From a bacterium (GTDB taxonomy: Bacteria > SM23-31), in assembly GCA_965249485.1 (NCBI GenBank), contig OZ252239.1, positions 1,184,001-1,248,000 on the forward strand: DNA of 64,000 nucleotides. Direction: 5' to 3'. The notes below the pieces were generated by a model, which searched no databases, was not told where the DNA came from, and worked only from the letters and a program-made list of their open reading frames with translations. Below are positions 10,021-20,532 of the stretch, one piece after another. How positions within the stretch are numbered: the stretch's first letter is position 1; the number at the start of each line of letters is the position of its first letter. Position numbers and translations under genes: made by a program.

Positions 10021-10507
10021 TTACCGGTTTAGAGGATTTTGTAGAGCATTGTTAACGGACTCAAACCAGAATGCGTATCGAGATTCTTGGAGGATACAGG
10101 ACGCAACTTTTTGACTCCCAAATATCACATCAGCAAGTTCACCGAATCGTATCTACAGAGGAAAGCGGGGAATGGACAAGAGGACCGGACGTTTGAATGC
10201 AGAACCGACAGTGAGAGCGATTGCTTGAATGAAACCAGGATTGGGGACACACCGTTCGGCCCGTACAGCAATGGCGTCATGATGATATGGTTCAAATCAT
10301 CAATAACATCATTAATATGAATTCATGAAATCCACTGTGAACCATTGCCGTAGTAACCGCCCAGACCTAATTTGAATGCGGGTGCCATTTTCCGGGAGTA
10401 CCGCCTCCGCGACCATTTCTCTTCTGGAAAGTACGGTAACACCGTAACCGTATTGCACACAATTCCCTGCCGATTAACCCGGTTACCTCTGTTATTAGCA
10501 CATTCAT
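10021..10507 (-). pseudogene. TIGR01777/YfcH-family NAD-dependent epimerase remnant
   Basis: Manual translation across frames gives MNVLITEVTGLIGRELC, GYGVTVLSRR, APAFKLGLGGYYGNGSQWIS*IHIND, GSQKVASCILQESRYAFWFESVNNALQNPL. Has frameshifts, a stop and a large internal deletion. Confidence 0.8.
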
Positions 10508-10621
10508 AGTAGTATCCCTGATCGACTTGACGTGTTGAATCGCCTAATAAAAAATTTGTTAGGATTTTGACACAGAAATATATCTATTCGAAATAAAACT
10601 TTAAATAATTCGAGATATCGT

Positions 10622-11215
10622 CTAATCAACTGTAGGTAGCGTTATTCCCTTCTGAGATTGATATTTCCCGTCCTTATCCTTATAAGACGCGTGAGGTGCT
10701 TCGGTACTCTCAATAAACAATATTTGCGCAATTCCCTCATTTGCATGAATACGGACCGGATACGGAGACGAGTTCACAATAGACATGGTAATATACCCTT
10801 CCCATTCCGGCTCGAGAGGTGTGATATTTGCAATGATACCACACCGAGCGTACGTAGATTTTCCGGTACACAATCCCAAGACCTTTGACGGCATTTTGAA
10901 ATACTCTACTGTTCGACCGAGCATATAAGAATGGGGAGCCAGAACACAAGAATCACCTTTTGTTATGGTGAAAATATTTTTATCAAATGATTTTGGATCG
11001 ATAATGATGCCGGAATCCTCAGTAGATATGGAAGTCGGTAGTATAAAAAATTCATTGGCAATACGAGCGTCGTAACCATACGAAGACACACCGAAAGAAA
11101 CAACGTTTTTTCTGACCTGTTCCGGAGCAAACGGACTGATCATATCATGGCTTTTTGTCTGTTCAATAATCCACTCATCATTTTTAATCATCCTTTCAGG
11201 CATCCTTTCAGGCAT
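10622..11215 (-). CDS. dcd: dCTP deaminase
   Basis: SFGVSSYGYDAR, GKSTYARCGII, TPLEPEWEG, ANEGIAQ, GKYQSQKGITLP. The family-like start is probably ATG 11191 (MIKND). Confidence 0.95.
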   Translation of the reverse strand: MPERMPERMIKNDEWIIEQTKSHDMISPFAPEQVRKNVVSFGVSSYGYDARIANEFFILPTSISTEDSGIIIDPKSFDKNIFTITKGDSCVLAPHSYMLGRTVEYFKMPSKVLGLCTGKSTYARCGIIANITPLEPEWEGYITMSIVNSSPYPVRIHANEGIAQILFIESTEAPHASYKDKDGKYQSQKGITLPTVD

Positions 11216-11221
11216 CCTTTC
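11189..11221. repeat. 12-bp tandem repeat (catcctttcagg x2.75) at dcd start
   Basis: Copies at 11189-11200 and 11201-11212, partial at 11213-11221; encodes MPER-MPER-M. Confidence 0.9.
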
Positions 11222-11251
11222 TTTTATTTACGAATTTTTTTCAGGTTACTA

Positions 11252-12229
11252 TTACACCTGATTTATCCGATTCGTCGACAACTTTTCTAATATTTTTGCC
11301 ATATCGTCAGGTAGTGGTGCCTCGAACTGCATTATTTTTTTGGATGTCGGGTGCATAAATGATAATGCCGCGGCATGAAGAGCCTGTCTTGGAAATTGGC
11401 TCAGTAATTCCTGTGCTACCGACCGTTCATTCGATGTCAAATGGGACAATTGACGGTTTCTTCCCCGGTACAACGAATCACCGAACACTGGATTGCCAAC
11501 TGAGGCGAAATGCGACCGTATCTGATGAGTTCGGCCCGTTTTCGGCATAACATCAAGCAGTGTGAGATACCCGAATTCATCTCGAACTGTGTAGTGTGTT
11601 ACGCTCTCTTTGCCCTCAGCACCAGAGACCATTTTTTTTCTGTCTGATCTACTGCGGGATATCGACTTCGAAATCACTCCGGAATTACTTGATAACACTC
11701 CCCAGACAAGTGCAGTGTAGTGTTTTTCGATTGTTCTTTCGGCAAATTGATCTCCCAGTGACCGGTGACTGCGGTTATTTTTAGCCACGACCATGACACC
11801 CGACGTGTCCTTATCGAGTCTGTGAACTATGCCCGGACGTAAGACACCGTTAATTCCGGACAAATTATCAAGATGATACAGCAGTGCATTTACCAGTGTA
11901 CCTGACCGTATAGGGCCGGCAGGATGGACAATGAGACCAGCAGGTTTTTGTATTACTGCAATATCTCCATCCTGATAGACAATTTCAAGAGGGATATTCT
12001 CAGGCACAATTTCAAGAAGGACAGCTTCGGGAATTGTAACTGTAACAACATCTCCTGGAGCAACCATATAGCTTGGTTTAACCGTAACATTATTGCAAAG
12101 AACAGAATTAATGGTAATTAATTGCTTGATATGAGAGCGAGAATAGTCCGGAAAAGAGTTTGCAATAAAACGGTCAATTCTTTCAGGCTGACGGTCTGCA
12201 GGAAATTCGATTTTCAATAAGCGGGACAT
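11252..12229 (-). CDS. rluD: 23S rRNA pseudouridine synthase, RluA/RluD family
   Basis: S4-like N-terminus, RPGIVHRLDKDTSG, TGRTHQIR, RQALHA. Confidence 0.93.
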   Translation of the reverse strand: MSRLLKIEFPADRQPERIDRFIANSFPDYSRSHIKQLITINSVLCNNVTVKPSYMVAPGDVVTVTIPEAVLLEIVPENIPLEIVYQDGDIAVIQKPAGLIVHPAGPIRSGTLVNALLYHLDNLSGINGVLRPGIVHRLDKDTSGVMVVAKNNRSHRSLGDQFAERTIEKHYTALVWGVLSSNSGVISKSISRSRSDRKKMVSGAEGKESVTHYTVRDEFGYLTLLDVMPKTGRTHQIRSHFASVGNPVFGDSLYRGRNRQLSHLTSNERSVAQELLSQFPRQALHAAALSFMHPTSKKIMQFEAPLPDDMAKILEKLSTNRINQV

Positions 12230-12327
12230 AGCGGATTATACAATCAAAATTAGATAAGTCTCATTATCAACTAATTAATCCAATGATGATTAGAAAAGAA
12301 ATTAAAAAAAAGTTTCCGTTAATACTA

Positions 12328-12876
12328 TTATTCCTCAGCAGCAACGGACTCTTCTATATTGTTTTCCTGATACATATCGTGATGCCCTGCAAATATAGTA
12401 TACATCAGAAGAAACATACCGGTCGACACAGCAATATCAGCAATATTGAAAATCGGCCAGCGGGGTAAATATATCTCCGGCATAGATATAAAAAGAAAGT
12501 CAAATTGAGTGATATGGATGTCGGGAATATCAACGTCGAAGAAGTCGACAACTCTTCCATACAATAATCGGTCAAGAAGATTGCCGGCTGCACCGCCGAA
12601 TATCACAGCCAAAGCAAAACGGGGTAAAAATTTATCATTCCGAAATTTGATAAGATAGTAGAGGATTGCAAATGCGGCAATAAGAGATAATGCATTAAAA
12701 ATATATTTATTGGGTATAGCAATACCAAATGCCATACCCGAATTCTGAATATGGGTTAGTTTAAAGGTGTCACCGATAATCTCAATCGATTCGCGGAGTG
12801 CCAATTTCGATTTGGCAAGCCACTTTGTATACTGATCGAGCAGAAATATAGTTGCAGAAATAAAAAGTAATTTCAT
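12328..12876 (-). CDS. lspA: Lipoprotein signal peptidase II
   Basis: LDQYTK, NSGMAFG, GGAAGNLLDR, VVDF, WPIFNIAD. Confidence 0.95.
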   Translation of the reverse strand: MKLLFISATIFLLDQYTKWLAKSKLALRESIEIIGDTFKLTHIQNSGMAFGIAIPNKYIFNALSLIAAFAILYYLIKFRNDKFLPRFALAVIFGGAAGNLLDRLLYGRVVDFFDVDIPDIHITQFDFLFISMPEIYLPRWPIFNIADIAVSTGMFLLMYTIFAGHHDMYQENNIEESVAAEE

Positions 12877-12889
12877 GACGGATTAGAGC

Positions 12890-13252
12890 TTACTGTTTTG
12901 TTTTACAATCGAAGCACTTTGTTGCGATAGGAACCGCTTCAAGACGTTCTTCGTCAATTTCATTGTTGCATTTGGTGCAAATTCCGAAGGTGTTGTCTTC
13001 AATACGTTTAAGGGCTTGGTCAAGCCGCTCAAGGTATTGGCTCTCACGTGATGCAAACAGAAATGCTTTTTCGCGTTCCTGTGCATCAGTTCCCTGGTCC
13101 GCCATGTGAAATGAATACGATGAATGGTCACCCGAAGCGTCTTTTACAGTCGTATCCATTGTCTGCTCACGTAAATATTTCAATTTATCAATGAGCTCTT
13201 CCCGCTCTTCATTTATGAGCTTTATGAACTTCTTATATTTCTTCTTAACCAT
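12890..13252 (-). CDS. TraR/DksA C4 zinc-finger protein
   Basis: HMADQGTD, ALKRIEDNTFGICTKC...RLEAVP.ATKCFDC. Confidence 0.92.
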   Translation of the reverse strand: MVKKKYKKFIKLINEEREELIDKLKYLREQTMDTTVKDASGDHSSYSFHMADQGTDAQEREKAFLFASRESQYLERLDQALKRIEDNTFGICTKCNNEIDEERLEAVPIATKCFDCKTKQ

Positions 13253-13338
13253 TACATATCCTCATGTAATAAGGTAATTCCAGAGTATAATAACAATTTT
13301 TTTTGTAATATCATACTATTTAATACATTGTCGAAAAC

Positions 13339-16300
13339 TTAGGATGAATTTATTATCCGTTCAATTCCAACACGGGCGGTTCCTGTTTCAAACTCAAAAG
13401 TACGCTCAAATTCTCCCGGTTGAAACGATGTTACAATTTCAGTCGTAAGCGTTTCTTCACTAATGTACGACTCCTCCTTCATAATAATGTCGCGAATAGA
13501 ATCTTCTGCATCGAGAAATAAACGTATCCTGTCAACAACTTCGAAATTGGCTTCTCTCCTCATGTTCTGGACCCGGTTGACAAATTCTCTTGCAAATCCT
13601 TCTCGCAGCAGTTCGGGTGTCAAATTGGTATTAATGCCGACGGTAAGTCCATTTCCTTCAATAACTGCCATTTCCGGTATCTGTTCCGTAATAATTTCAA
13701 GATCATTGTTCTCTAGAATATACACAGTACTGTTTATCTTAATAGTAATATCATTACCGCCTTCATAGCGTTCAATCTCGTCCTGCGGAAGCTCCGCAAG
13801 GACTGTTTTTGCTGCCTGAATATCTTTACCGAGTTTCGGGCCAAGTGCTTTAAAGTTGGGCCGTGCTACCTTTTTCATAAGTCCTGAGTCGTCTGACGAG
13901 AACGAGAGTGATTTAATATTCAATTCACTGAGTATCAAATTCTCTCCCTGCTCGATATGCTTTTGCTGCTGTTTGTCATTCGGTATCACTATTAATTCGG
14001 ATAGCGGCTGCCGTATCTTGATCCCCGATTTGCTTCTGACCGACCGGGCAAGTATACATACTCTTCGGATCTGGTCCATTCTATCTGAAAGATCGTCATC
14101 TCTGCCGATGAATATTGATTCGTCAACTGAAGGATACGGCTCGAGATGGACGCTCACATCAGGCGATCCGTCGGATGCTTTTAAATTTCGGTAAATTTCC
14201 TCAGACAGAAACGGAGCAATCGGAGCCATCAAACTACTGATAGTAATTATTGTTTCGTACAGTGTCTGATACGCAGCATTCTTATCGGGGCCTTTATCAC
14301 TTTTCCAGAATCTTCTCCGGTTCAACCGGACGTACCAATTTGAAAGGTCATCAATAACAAATTCTGAAATCGCCCGTGCCGCTTTTGTGATTTCATAGTT
14401 GTCCATTAAAGTGTTAGACGTTTCAACAAGCAGGGCAAGTGAAGAAAGGAGCCACCTGTCGATCTCCGAACGGTCCTGCATTGGAATGACCGAGTCGTCA
14501 GAATATACAAACTCGTCGATGTTTGCATATGTTACGAAAAAGGAATAAGTGTTAACTAAAGTTCCAAAAAACTTTTTAATTACTTCCTGAATTCCCTCAC
14601 GGTCAAACCGAGTCGGAATCCATGGAGGGCTGCTGCTGATAAGGTACCACCTGAGGGCATCGGCACCTTCCGAATCCAGCACATCGTTCGGGTGCATAAC
14701 ATTTCCTTTGCTTTTGGACATTTTGACACCCTCAGCGTCGAGAATCATGTCCATTGTCAGGCAACTTTTGTAAGCCGGTTTGTTATTCAGCAGCACGGAA
14801 ATTGCAAGAAGGGAATAGAACCATCCCCTCGTCTGGTCGATTGCTTCGCTGATAAAATCAGACGGATAGTGGAGATCGAATTTTTCTTTATTCTCAAACG
14901 GGTAGTGCCACTGTGCAAATGGCATGCTTCCAGAATCGAACCATGCATCGATAACTTCTGGTGTCCGCTCCATGATCCCACCGCATTTTTCACAGTCCAT
15001 TGTCACATCATCGATATACGGTTTATGCAGATCGAGCGGTTCCTGAAGCGGATTGTGACTTCGATTCTTCAAAGTTTCAATAGAATCGACAGAGTCCATC
15101 GAACCGCAGTCCGAGCAGATCCAGATATTGAGCGGCGTCCCCCAGAATCGGTCACGCGAAAGCGACCAATCAATATTATTTTCCAGCCACCGGTGGAACC
15201 TTTTTTCACCGACTTCTTTCGGTACCCACCAAACCTTCTCATTATTTTCGAGAAGCTGGTCTCTGAACTGGGTTGTCTTGATAAACCATGACTGCCGTGC
15301 ATAATACAGGAGTGGAGTATCACACCGCCAACAGTGGGGGTAACTGTGTTTGTAATCAACACTCTTCAAGAGTGCTCCCGACTCTTGTAAATCGGCTATG
15401 ATCTTTGGATCGGCATTCTTGACAAATAGTCCTTTATACGGTGTAATCTCTTCGGTAAAATTCCCCTTGTCATCGACCGGCTGAAAAATCGGGAGATCAT
15501 ATTTCAGACCCATTTGGTAATCGTCCTCACCAAATGCCGGAGCAATATGAACAATTCCTGTTCCTTCTTCGGTCGTCACAAATTCACCTGAGATAACGTA
15601 GAATGCCTTTTTATCCGCTTTCATGAATGAGAAAATCTGTTCGTACTCCATGTCAAGCAGGTCGGAACCCTTGCAAGTCTTAATAATCTCGTGTCCGTCA
15701 GGCAGGATATTTTTCCGGTCTTCTACAAGGATCAAGGTGTCATCACCGATTTTTGCATGCACATAGGTGCAATAGGGATTGACCGCCAGTGCGACATTCG
15801 AGAGGAGCGTCCACGGTGTTGTCGTCCAGAGCAGAAAATAGGTGTCAACTTCACTCTTTACCTTTGCCTTGATGTAAATCGAAGGATCGGTGACATCACG
15901 ATAGCCGAGAGAGACTTCATGGCTCGATAGCGGTGTTCCACACCGCGGACAATACGGGAGTATTTTGTGTCCTTTATAGATCAGGTCTCTCTTAAAAAGG
16001 TTATCGAGAATCCACCAGACCGATTCAATATAATTATTGGTATACGTGATATAGGGATCATCCAAATCGATCCAATATCCGATCCGCTCAGTAAGGTTGT
16101 CCCATTCCTGCTTATATTTCCAGACCGATTCGCGGCATTGCTTGTTGAATTTATCAATGCCATAATCAATTATTTTCTCTTTCGAGTCGAGATTCAGCGC
16201 CTTTTCGACCTCAATTTCAACCGGAAGGCCGTGTGTATCCCAGCCGGCTTTTCGCTCAACGCGAAATCCCTGCATCGTCTTGTATCTGCAGATCAGGTCT

Positions 16301-16494
16301 TTTATCGCTCGGGAAATTACATGGTGTACCCCCGGAGCTCCGTTTGCAGTTGGCGGCCCTTCGTAAAAAATGAACGGTTTGTCTTCCGGCCGTTCTTGCA
16401 CGGACCGTTCGAAAATTTTATTCTCTTTCCAGAATGCGAGAATTTTAGCTTCCAGATCGGGATAATGGACATTTGATGGTAATTTTTTAAACAT
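13339..16494 (-). CDS. ileS: Isoleucine--tRNA ligase (IleRS2 type)
   Basis: EGPPTANGAPGVHH, GWDTHGLPVE, WTTTPWTL, DQTRGWF, KMSKS; C-terminus typical of type 2. Confidence 0.97.
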   Translation of the reverse strand: MFKKLPSNVHYPDLEAKILAFWKENKIFERSVQERPEDKPFIFYEGPPTANGAPGVHHVISRAIKDLICRYKTMQGFRVERKAGWDTHGLPVEIEVEKALNLDSKEKIIDYGIDKFNKQCRESVWKYKQEWDNLTERIGYWIDLDDPYITYTNNYIESVWWILDNLFKRDLIYKGHKILPYCPRCGTPLSSHEVSLGYRDVTDPSIYIKAKVKSEVDTYFLLWTTTPWTLLSNVALAVNPYCTYVHAKIGDDTLILVEDRKNILPDGHEIIKTCKGSDLLDMEYEQIFSFMKADKKAFYVISGEFVTTEEGTGIVHIAPAFGEDDYQMGLKYDLPIFQPVDDKGNFTEEITPYKGLFVKNADPKIIADLQESGALLKSVDYKHSYPHCWRCDTPLLYYARQSWFIKTTQFRDQLLENNEKVWWVPKEVGEKRFHRWLENNIDWSLSRDRFWGTPLNIWICSDCGSMDSVDSIETLKNRSHNPLQEPLDLHKPYIDDVTMDCEKCGGIMERTPEVIDAWFDSGSMPFAQWHYPFENKEKFDLHYPSDFISEAIDQTRGWFYSLLAISVLLNNKPAYKSCLTMDMILDAEGVKMSKSKGNVMHPNDVLDSEGADALRWYLISSSPPWIPTRFDREGIQEVIKKFFGTLVNTYSFFVTYANIDEFVYSDDSVIPMQDRSEIDRWLLSSLALLVETSNTLMDNYEITKAARAISEFVIDDLSNWYVRLNRRRFWKSDKGPDKNAAYQTLYETIITISSLMAPIAPFLSEEIYRNLKASDGSPDVSVHLEPYPSVDESIFIGRDDDLSDRMDQIRRVCILARSVRSKSGIKIRQPLSELIVIPNDKQQQKHIEQGENLILSELNIKSLSFSSDDSGLMKKVARPNFKALGPKLGKDIQAAKTVLAELPQDEIERYEGGNDITIKINSTVYILENNDLEIITEQIPEMAVIEGNGLTVGINTNLTPELLREGFAREFVNRVQNMRREANFEVVDRIRLFLDAEDSIRDIIMKEESYISEETLTTEIVTSFQPGEFERTFEFETGTARVGIERIINSS

Positions 16495-16637
16495 ATTACA
16501 GCTTCAGTACATTATTGCTAATTATAGTTCTTATAGAGGATAACTAAAATCATTTTTACTGAAATTCCGGTGAACTAGCGGAACAGAATGGAAATTCTAA
16601 ATCACAAAACCTTAGTTAATCCATATTTTTTTCATAT

Positions 16638-17459
16638 TCAAAGTTTTTCAATCACCCTCTTAATCAGGGTAGTCAATTTTGGTTCAGCAGTCCCAGCTAT
16701 TTTGATAATTTCCTGAATATTTACGGGTTCAAGCGCATCGGGATTGCACAGATCGGTAATGACCGACAGCGCAAGCATCTTCAAACCGAGATGTACACCT
16801 GCGATAACCTCGGGAACCGTCGACATGCCAATAGCATCGGCGCCGATAATTTGCAGCATCCGGTATTCTGCAGCTGTTTCGAGGCTCGGTCCCGTCATCG
16901 ACGCATAGACACCCTGTCTAACCGAAATGTTTTCCTGGGCAGCAATACCCTCGGCGAGTGCAATCAGCTCGCGGTTATACGGTTGCGACATATCGGGGAA
17001 CCGCGGTCCTAGTGCATTCTCATTTTTTCCGATGAGCGGATTTGCACCGAGCAGATTGATATGGTCCTTAAGAATCATGATATCGCCCTTCGAAAAGTTG
17101 GGATTCAATCCTCCCGAGACATTCGAAATTATGAGCGTTTCGGTTCCGAGACTCTTCAAAACACGGACAGGAAACGCGATTTCCTGTGTCGAGTATCCTT
17201 CATACATGTGGAACCGCCCCTGCATCACCACGGCTTTTTTGCTGCCGATTGTACCGAGTATGAGTTTTCCGGCATGACTTTCTACCGTAGAAAGCGGAAA
17301 CCCCGGTATTGTCCCGTACGGAATTTCGGTCTCAATCAAAATGTCTTTGACAAGTCCGCCGAGTCCCGTTCCGAGTATGATAGCAACGTCGGGCACGAGA
17401 TCGGATTTTGACCGAATGGTCTCAACCGCCTTGTTAATTGCGTCGAGAACACTGCTCAC
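16638..17459 (-). CDS. punA: Purine-nucleoside phosphorylase (trimeric type)
   Basis: ILGTGLG, MQGRFHMYEGY, GPRFPDMS, GPSLETAAE, GMSTVPE. Confidence 0.94.
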   Translation of the reverse strand: MSSVLDAINKAVETIRSKSDLVPDVAIILGTGLGGLVKDILIETEIPYGTIPGFPLSTVESHAGKLILGTIGSKKAVVMQGRFHMYEGYSTQEIAFPVRVLKSLGTETLIISNVSGGLNPNFSKGDIMILKDHINLLGANPLIGKNENALGPRFPDMSQPYNRELIALAEGIAAQENISVRQGVYASMTGPSLETAAEYRMLQIIGADAIGMSTVPEVIAGVHLGLKMLALSVITDLCNPDALEPVNIQEIIKIAGTAEPKLTTLIKRVIEKL

Positions 17460-18370
17460 GAACTGGCCCCCCTGTTATCGTTTTCCGTATCATCATGGTG
17501 AGATGAATCGTCATCATCCTCGTCGATGATTTTGTCGATCAGATTAAAACCGTTATGAAATTTTTGCGGCGGTGATTCATCCTGCTCTTCATGCTGACTC
17601 TTTATGTCGATACTTTCACCTTGGTCAGAACCCTTATCAGGAGACGGTTTCGTTGGCTCTTCCCGCTGACGCACAGGTTCCTCTGCAGTTCTCATCGGTT
17701 CTTCAACTGTTTTTTCGGGCATTTGAACGACAGGAGGACGTTCCTCCTGAGGTGGAAGCACTGGTTCCACAGGTTTCTGATCTACTGGCTCGGGATTAAG
17801 TTTTGATTTATCCTCGGAAGTTTCGGTTTCCTGTACGTTTTCCGATTCATGCCTTTCGGAAAGCCCGGACTGAAAATCCTCAGAAAAATTTCCTTTCCTA
17901 CGTCGCCGCTCCATATTGCTGAGTTCGGTAATTTCGTCTTCCTCAAGCTCAAGCACTGAAACCCATTCTTTCAACCGCCGGACGAACGATTCTTTCTGAG
18001 TTTTCAGAAAAGCGATTTCATCCTGAAGCTTTCTGAGCTCCCGCCGGGCAGATTCGGTGATCTGCTGAGCGGAAAATTCGGCCTCACGCATTTTTATATC
18101 GGCTTCTCTCCGTGACGATTCCTGCGTTTCGGCCGTAGACCGTTTTGCTTCGATGAGTGTTTCCTGAAGCGTCCCCTCAACCTGTTTAAAATTTTTCAGC
18201 TCCGTCTCATACTTCAAAACTTTATCGTCAAGTTCTTTTTTCTGCCGGAGGAGCAGCTCAAATTCATCAGCAATTATTTCGAGAAACGTGTCGACCTCAA
18301 TAGGATCGTATCCACGGATGACCTTCTTAAATTCCTGATTCTGTATATCACGTGGCGTAAATTTCAACAT
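17456..18370 (-). CDS. DivIVA-domain coiled-coil protein with long acidic/Pro-rich tail
   Basis: FTPRDIQNQEFKKVIRGYDPIEVDTFL DivIVA motif, coiled coil, low-complexity C-terminus. Confidence 0.9.
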   Translation of the reverse strand: MLKFTPRDIQNQEFKKVIRGYDPIEVDTFLEIIADEFELLLRQKKELDDKVLKYETELKNFKQVEGTLQETLIEAKRSTAETQESSRREADIKMREAEFSAQQITESARRELRKLQDEIAFLKTQKESFVRRLKEWVSVLELEEDEITELSNMERRRRKGNFSEDFQSGLSERHESENVQETETSEDKSKLNPEPVDQKPVEPVLPPQEERPPVVQMPEKTVEEPMRTAEEPVRQREEPTKPSPDKGSDQGESIDIKSQHEEQDESPPQKFHNGFNLIDKIIDEDDDDSSHHDDTENDNRGASS

Positions 18371-18425
18371 AGTTCAATTTCGTATAATGGAACGATATTT
18401 ATTTGATATTTCCGTAGAAAAGAAT

Positions 18426-19130
18426 TCAATTTTTCGGTTCTCTCTGCTTCCGTGCGCCGAAAATCGCTCTTCCGATGCGGACTATCGTCGCCCCCTCTTC
18501 AATGGCAATTTCGAAATCATCTGTCATACCCATCGACAGGTCCCGAAGTGGGTAATTAAAAATACTCTGCCGGTTCACATCCTTCTGTATCCCTGCAAGC
18601 TCCCGGAAATAGGGACGGGCATCTTCGCTTGCTGCCTGTATGGGGGGAATCGCCATCAATCCCCGGCACCGGAGGTTTGTAAATGCCCCGAGCTCTTTCA
18701 GAAACGGAATTACCTCATCAGGAAGCACGCCCGATTTCGCTTTTTCTCCGCCGATATTCACTTCGGCAAAAACATCGATAGTGCGGTCAGCACGATTATC
18801 GATTTCGGCAGCCAGTCGCACACTGTCAACAGAGTGGATGACGTTAAAGATAGTTAAAACCTGCTTGACTTTATTACGCTGGAGATGGCCGACCATGTGC
18901 CAGACGGCTCTCTGCTTCACTTCGCCATGTTTTGCGAGGGCTTCCTGTACCCGGTTCTCTCCGATATGTTCAATGCCAAGACTAATCGCTTTGTCGACGA
19001 TCTCAGCAGGATGAGTCTTCGTAACTGCAATAACTGTAACATTTTCCGGACTTCGTCCGCTCCGCACAGCAGCGTTTGCAATCCGCTCTCGGACAACACG
19101 AATATTATCACTAATGTTCATTGTATTCAT
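18426..19130 (-). CDS. yggS: YggS family PLP homeostasis protein
   Basis: [51 protein letters not shown]. Start 19130 or 19121. Confidence 0.95.
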   Translation of the reverse strand: MNTMNISDNIRVVRERIANAAVRSGRSPENVTVIAVTKTHPAEIVDKAISLGIEHIGENRVQEALAKHGEVKQRAVWHMVGHLQRNKVKQVLTIFNVIHSVDSVRLAAEIDNRADRTIDVFAEVNIGGEKAKSGVLPDEVIPFLKELGAFTNLRCRGLMAIPPIQAASEDARPYFRELAGIQKDVNRQSIFNYPLRDLSMGMTDDFEIAIEEGATIVRIGRAIFGARKQREPKN

Positions 19131-19316
19131 AAAAGTAGAAACACTAAATATATAATAAATAAGGCACAAATGCAATATAATAAGGAGAGTTGAATTGTCA
19201 CAAACAGGGATGTATTCTGCTTGATTATGTCACGGGACTGTCTTATTTTACGGCTTCTTTACAGCGATGATTGAAAACAGTGAAATTCACATTTTACAAA
19301 TGAGTTAGGGCAGGTA

Positions 19317-20318
19317 ATGGAAAGTCTCAAAGTTGGTATAGTCGGTGTCGGGCATCTCGGTGAGATGCATATCAAGAAGCTGTTGAGTATTCCCGAAGCA
19401 GAGTTTGTCGGTTTCTGGGATAATGACGAAAACGTCCGGGCTGAAAAGTCGCAAACATACAATGTTCATGCGTTTGATTCGCTTGATTTACTCCTCGATG
19501 CAGTAGATGCGGTGAGTATCGTTGTGCCGACATCTGCACATGCAGCAGTTGCTATTGCTGCCGCCGAACGGGGTGTCCATATCTTTGTCGAAAAGCCGAT
19601 AGCCCCTAATCTTGAAGAAGCGGATGAAATAATTGAAGCCGCAGGGAAAAACAATGTTAAACTCCAGGTAGGCCACATCGAGCGGTTTAATGCGGCATTC
19701 AGAAACCTAATAAAAGACCTCGTCAATCCCCGGTTTATTGAATCACACCGCCTTGCCTCATTCAATCCGCGCGGACTTGACGTATCGGTCGTCCTCGATC
19801 TCATGATCCACGATCTTGACATCATTCTCAGCCTCATGAAATCTCCCCTGAGGCAGGTTGATACAAGTGGTGTTGCCGTAGTTTCGTCCAATCCTGACAG
19901 TTTTGATATTGTTAATTCCCGACTGACGTTCGAAGACGGTGCGGTGGCAAATGTGACCGCGAGTCGGATTTCACAGACGAAGATGCGCAAGATGCGTCTC
20001 TTCCAGCAGGACAGCTACATTTCGATGGATTTTTTGACCGGCGAGGCAGAAGTGTTCCGGATGCTCGACCCGGAGACTCAGGACAACGAAAACGATATGC
20101 TGCCAGTCATGTCGATCAATCACGAAGATTTCAATAAAAATGTTGGCTATAAAAAAATTGCCAATGACGGACGAGACTCTCTCGAACTTGAGCTCCGGTC
20201 ATTTCTCGAATCGGTCAAAAACGATACTGAACCGCCCGTGACAGGCGAACAGGCGCGCGCCGTACTCGCTACTGCCCTCGATATCACTGCCAAGACCATT
20301 TCCCATATCACAAAGTAG
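19317..20318 (+). CDS. Gfo/Idh/MocA oxidoreductase (resembles UDP-GlcNAc 3-dehydrogenase GnnA type)
   Basis: GVGHLG, VEKPIA, LQVGHIERFN, DVSVVLDLMIHDLD, NVTASRIS. Substrate is inference. Confidence 0.88.
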   Translation: MESLKVGIVGVGHLGEMHIKKLLSIPEAEFVGFWDNDENVRAEKSQTYNVHAFDSLDLLLDAVDAVSIVVPTSAHAAVAIAAAERGVHIFVEKPIAPNLEEADEIIEAAGKNNVKLQVGHIERFNAAFRNLIKDLVNPRFIESHRLASFNPRGLDVSVVLDLMIHDLDIILSLMKSPLRQVDTSGVAVVSSNPDSFDIVNSRLTFEDGAVANVTASRISQTKMRKMRLFQQDSYISMDFLTGEAEVFRMLDPETQDNENDMLPVMSINHEDFNKNVGYKKIANDGRDSLELELRSFLESVKNDTEPPVTGEQARAVLATALDITAKTISHITK

Positions 20319-20532
20319 TACAATATCTAATAATTATAATACTTTATGAAGATAAAAAATAAATAGCTGTAATTAAGTTAAATACTTGTCAATGCAAGAA
20401 AATAGTGTCGTGGCAATCTCTGATTGTGACATTCCAAAAAATTACTTTCAGAGAACGCACATCCATTTAATAATAAAAACAATTGCATAAAACCCCCGAA
20501 GTAAGGGTACATTATAGACGAAAGGCGCCATC

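Noticed and set aside
10087..10320. 77-aa plus-strand ORF
   Set aside because: It is antisense to the TIGR01777 pseudogene and has no recognisable features.
16495..16637. T-box riboswitch before ileS
   Set aside because: The gap is only about 140 nt with no T-box consensus or terminator.
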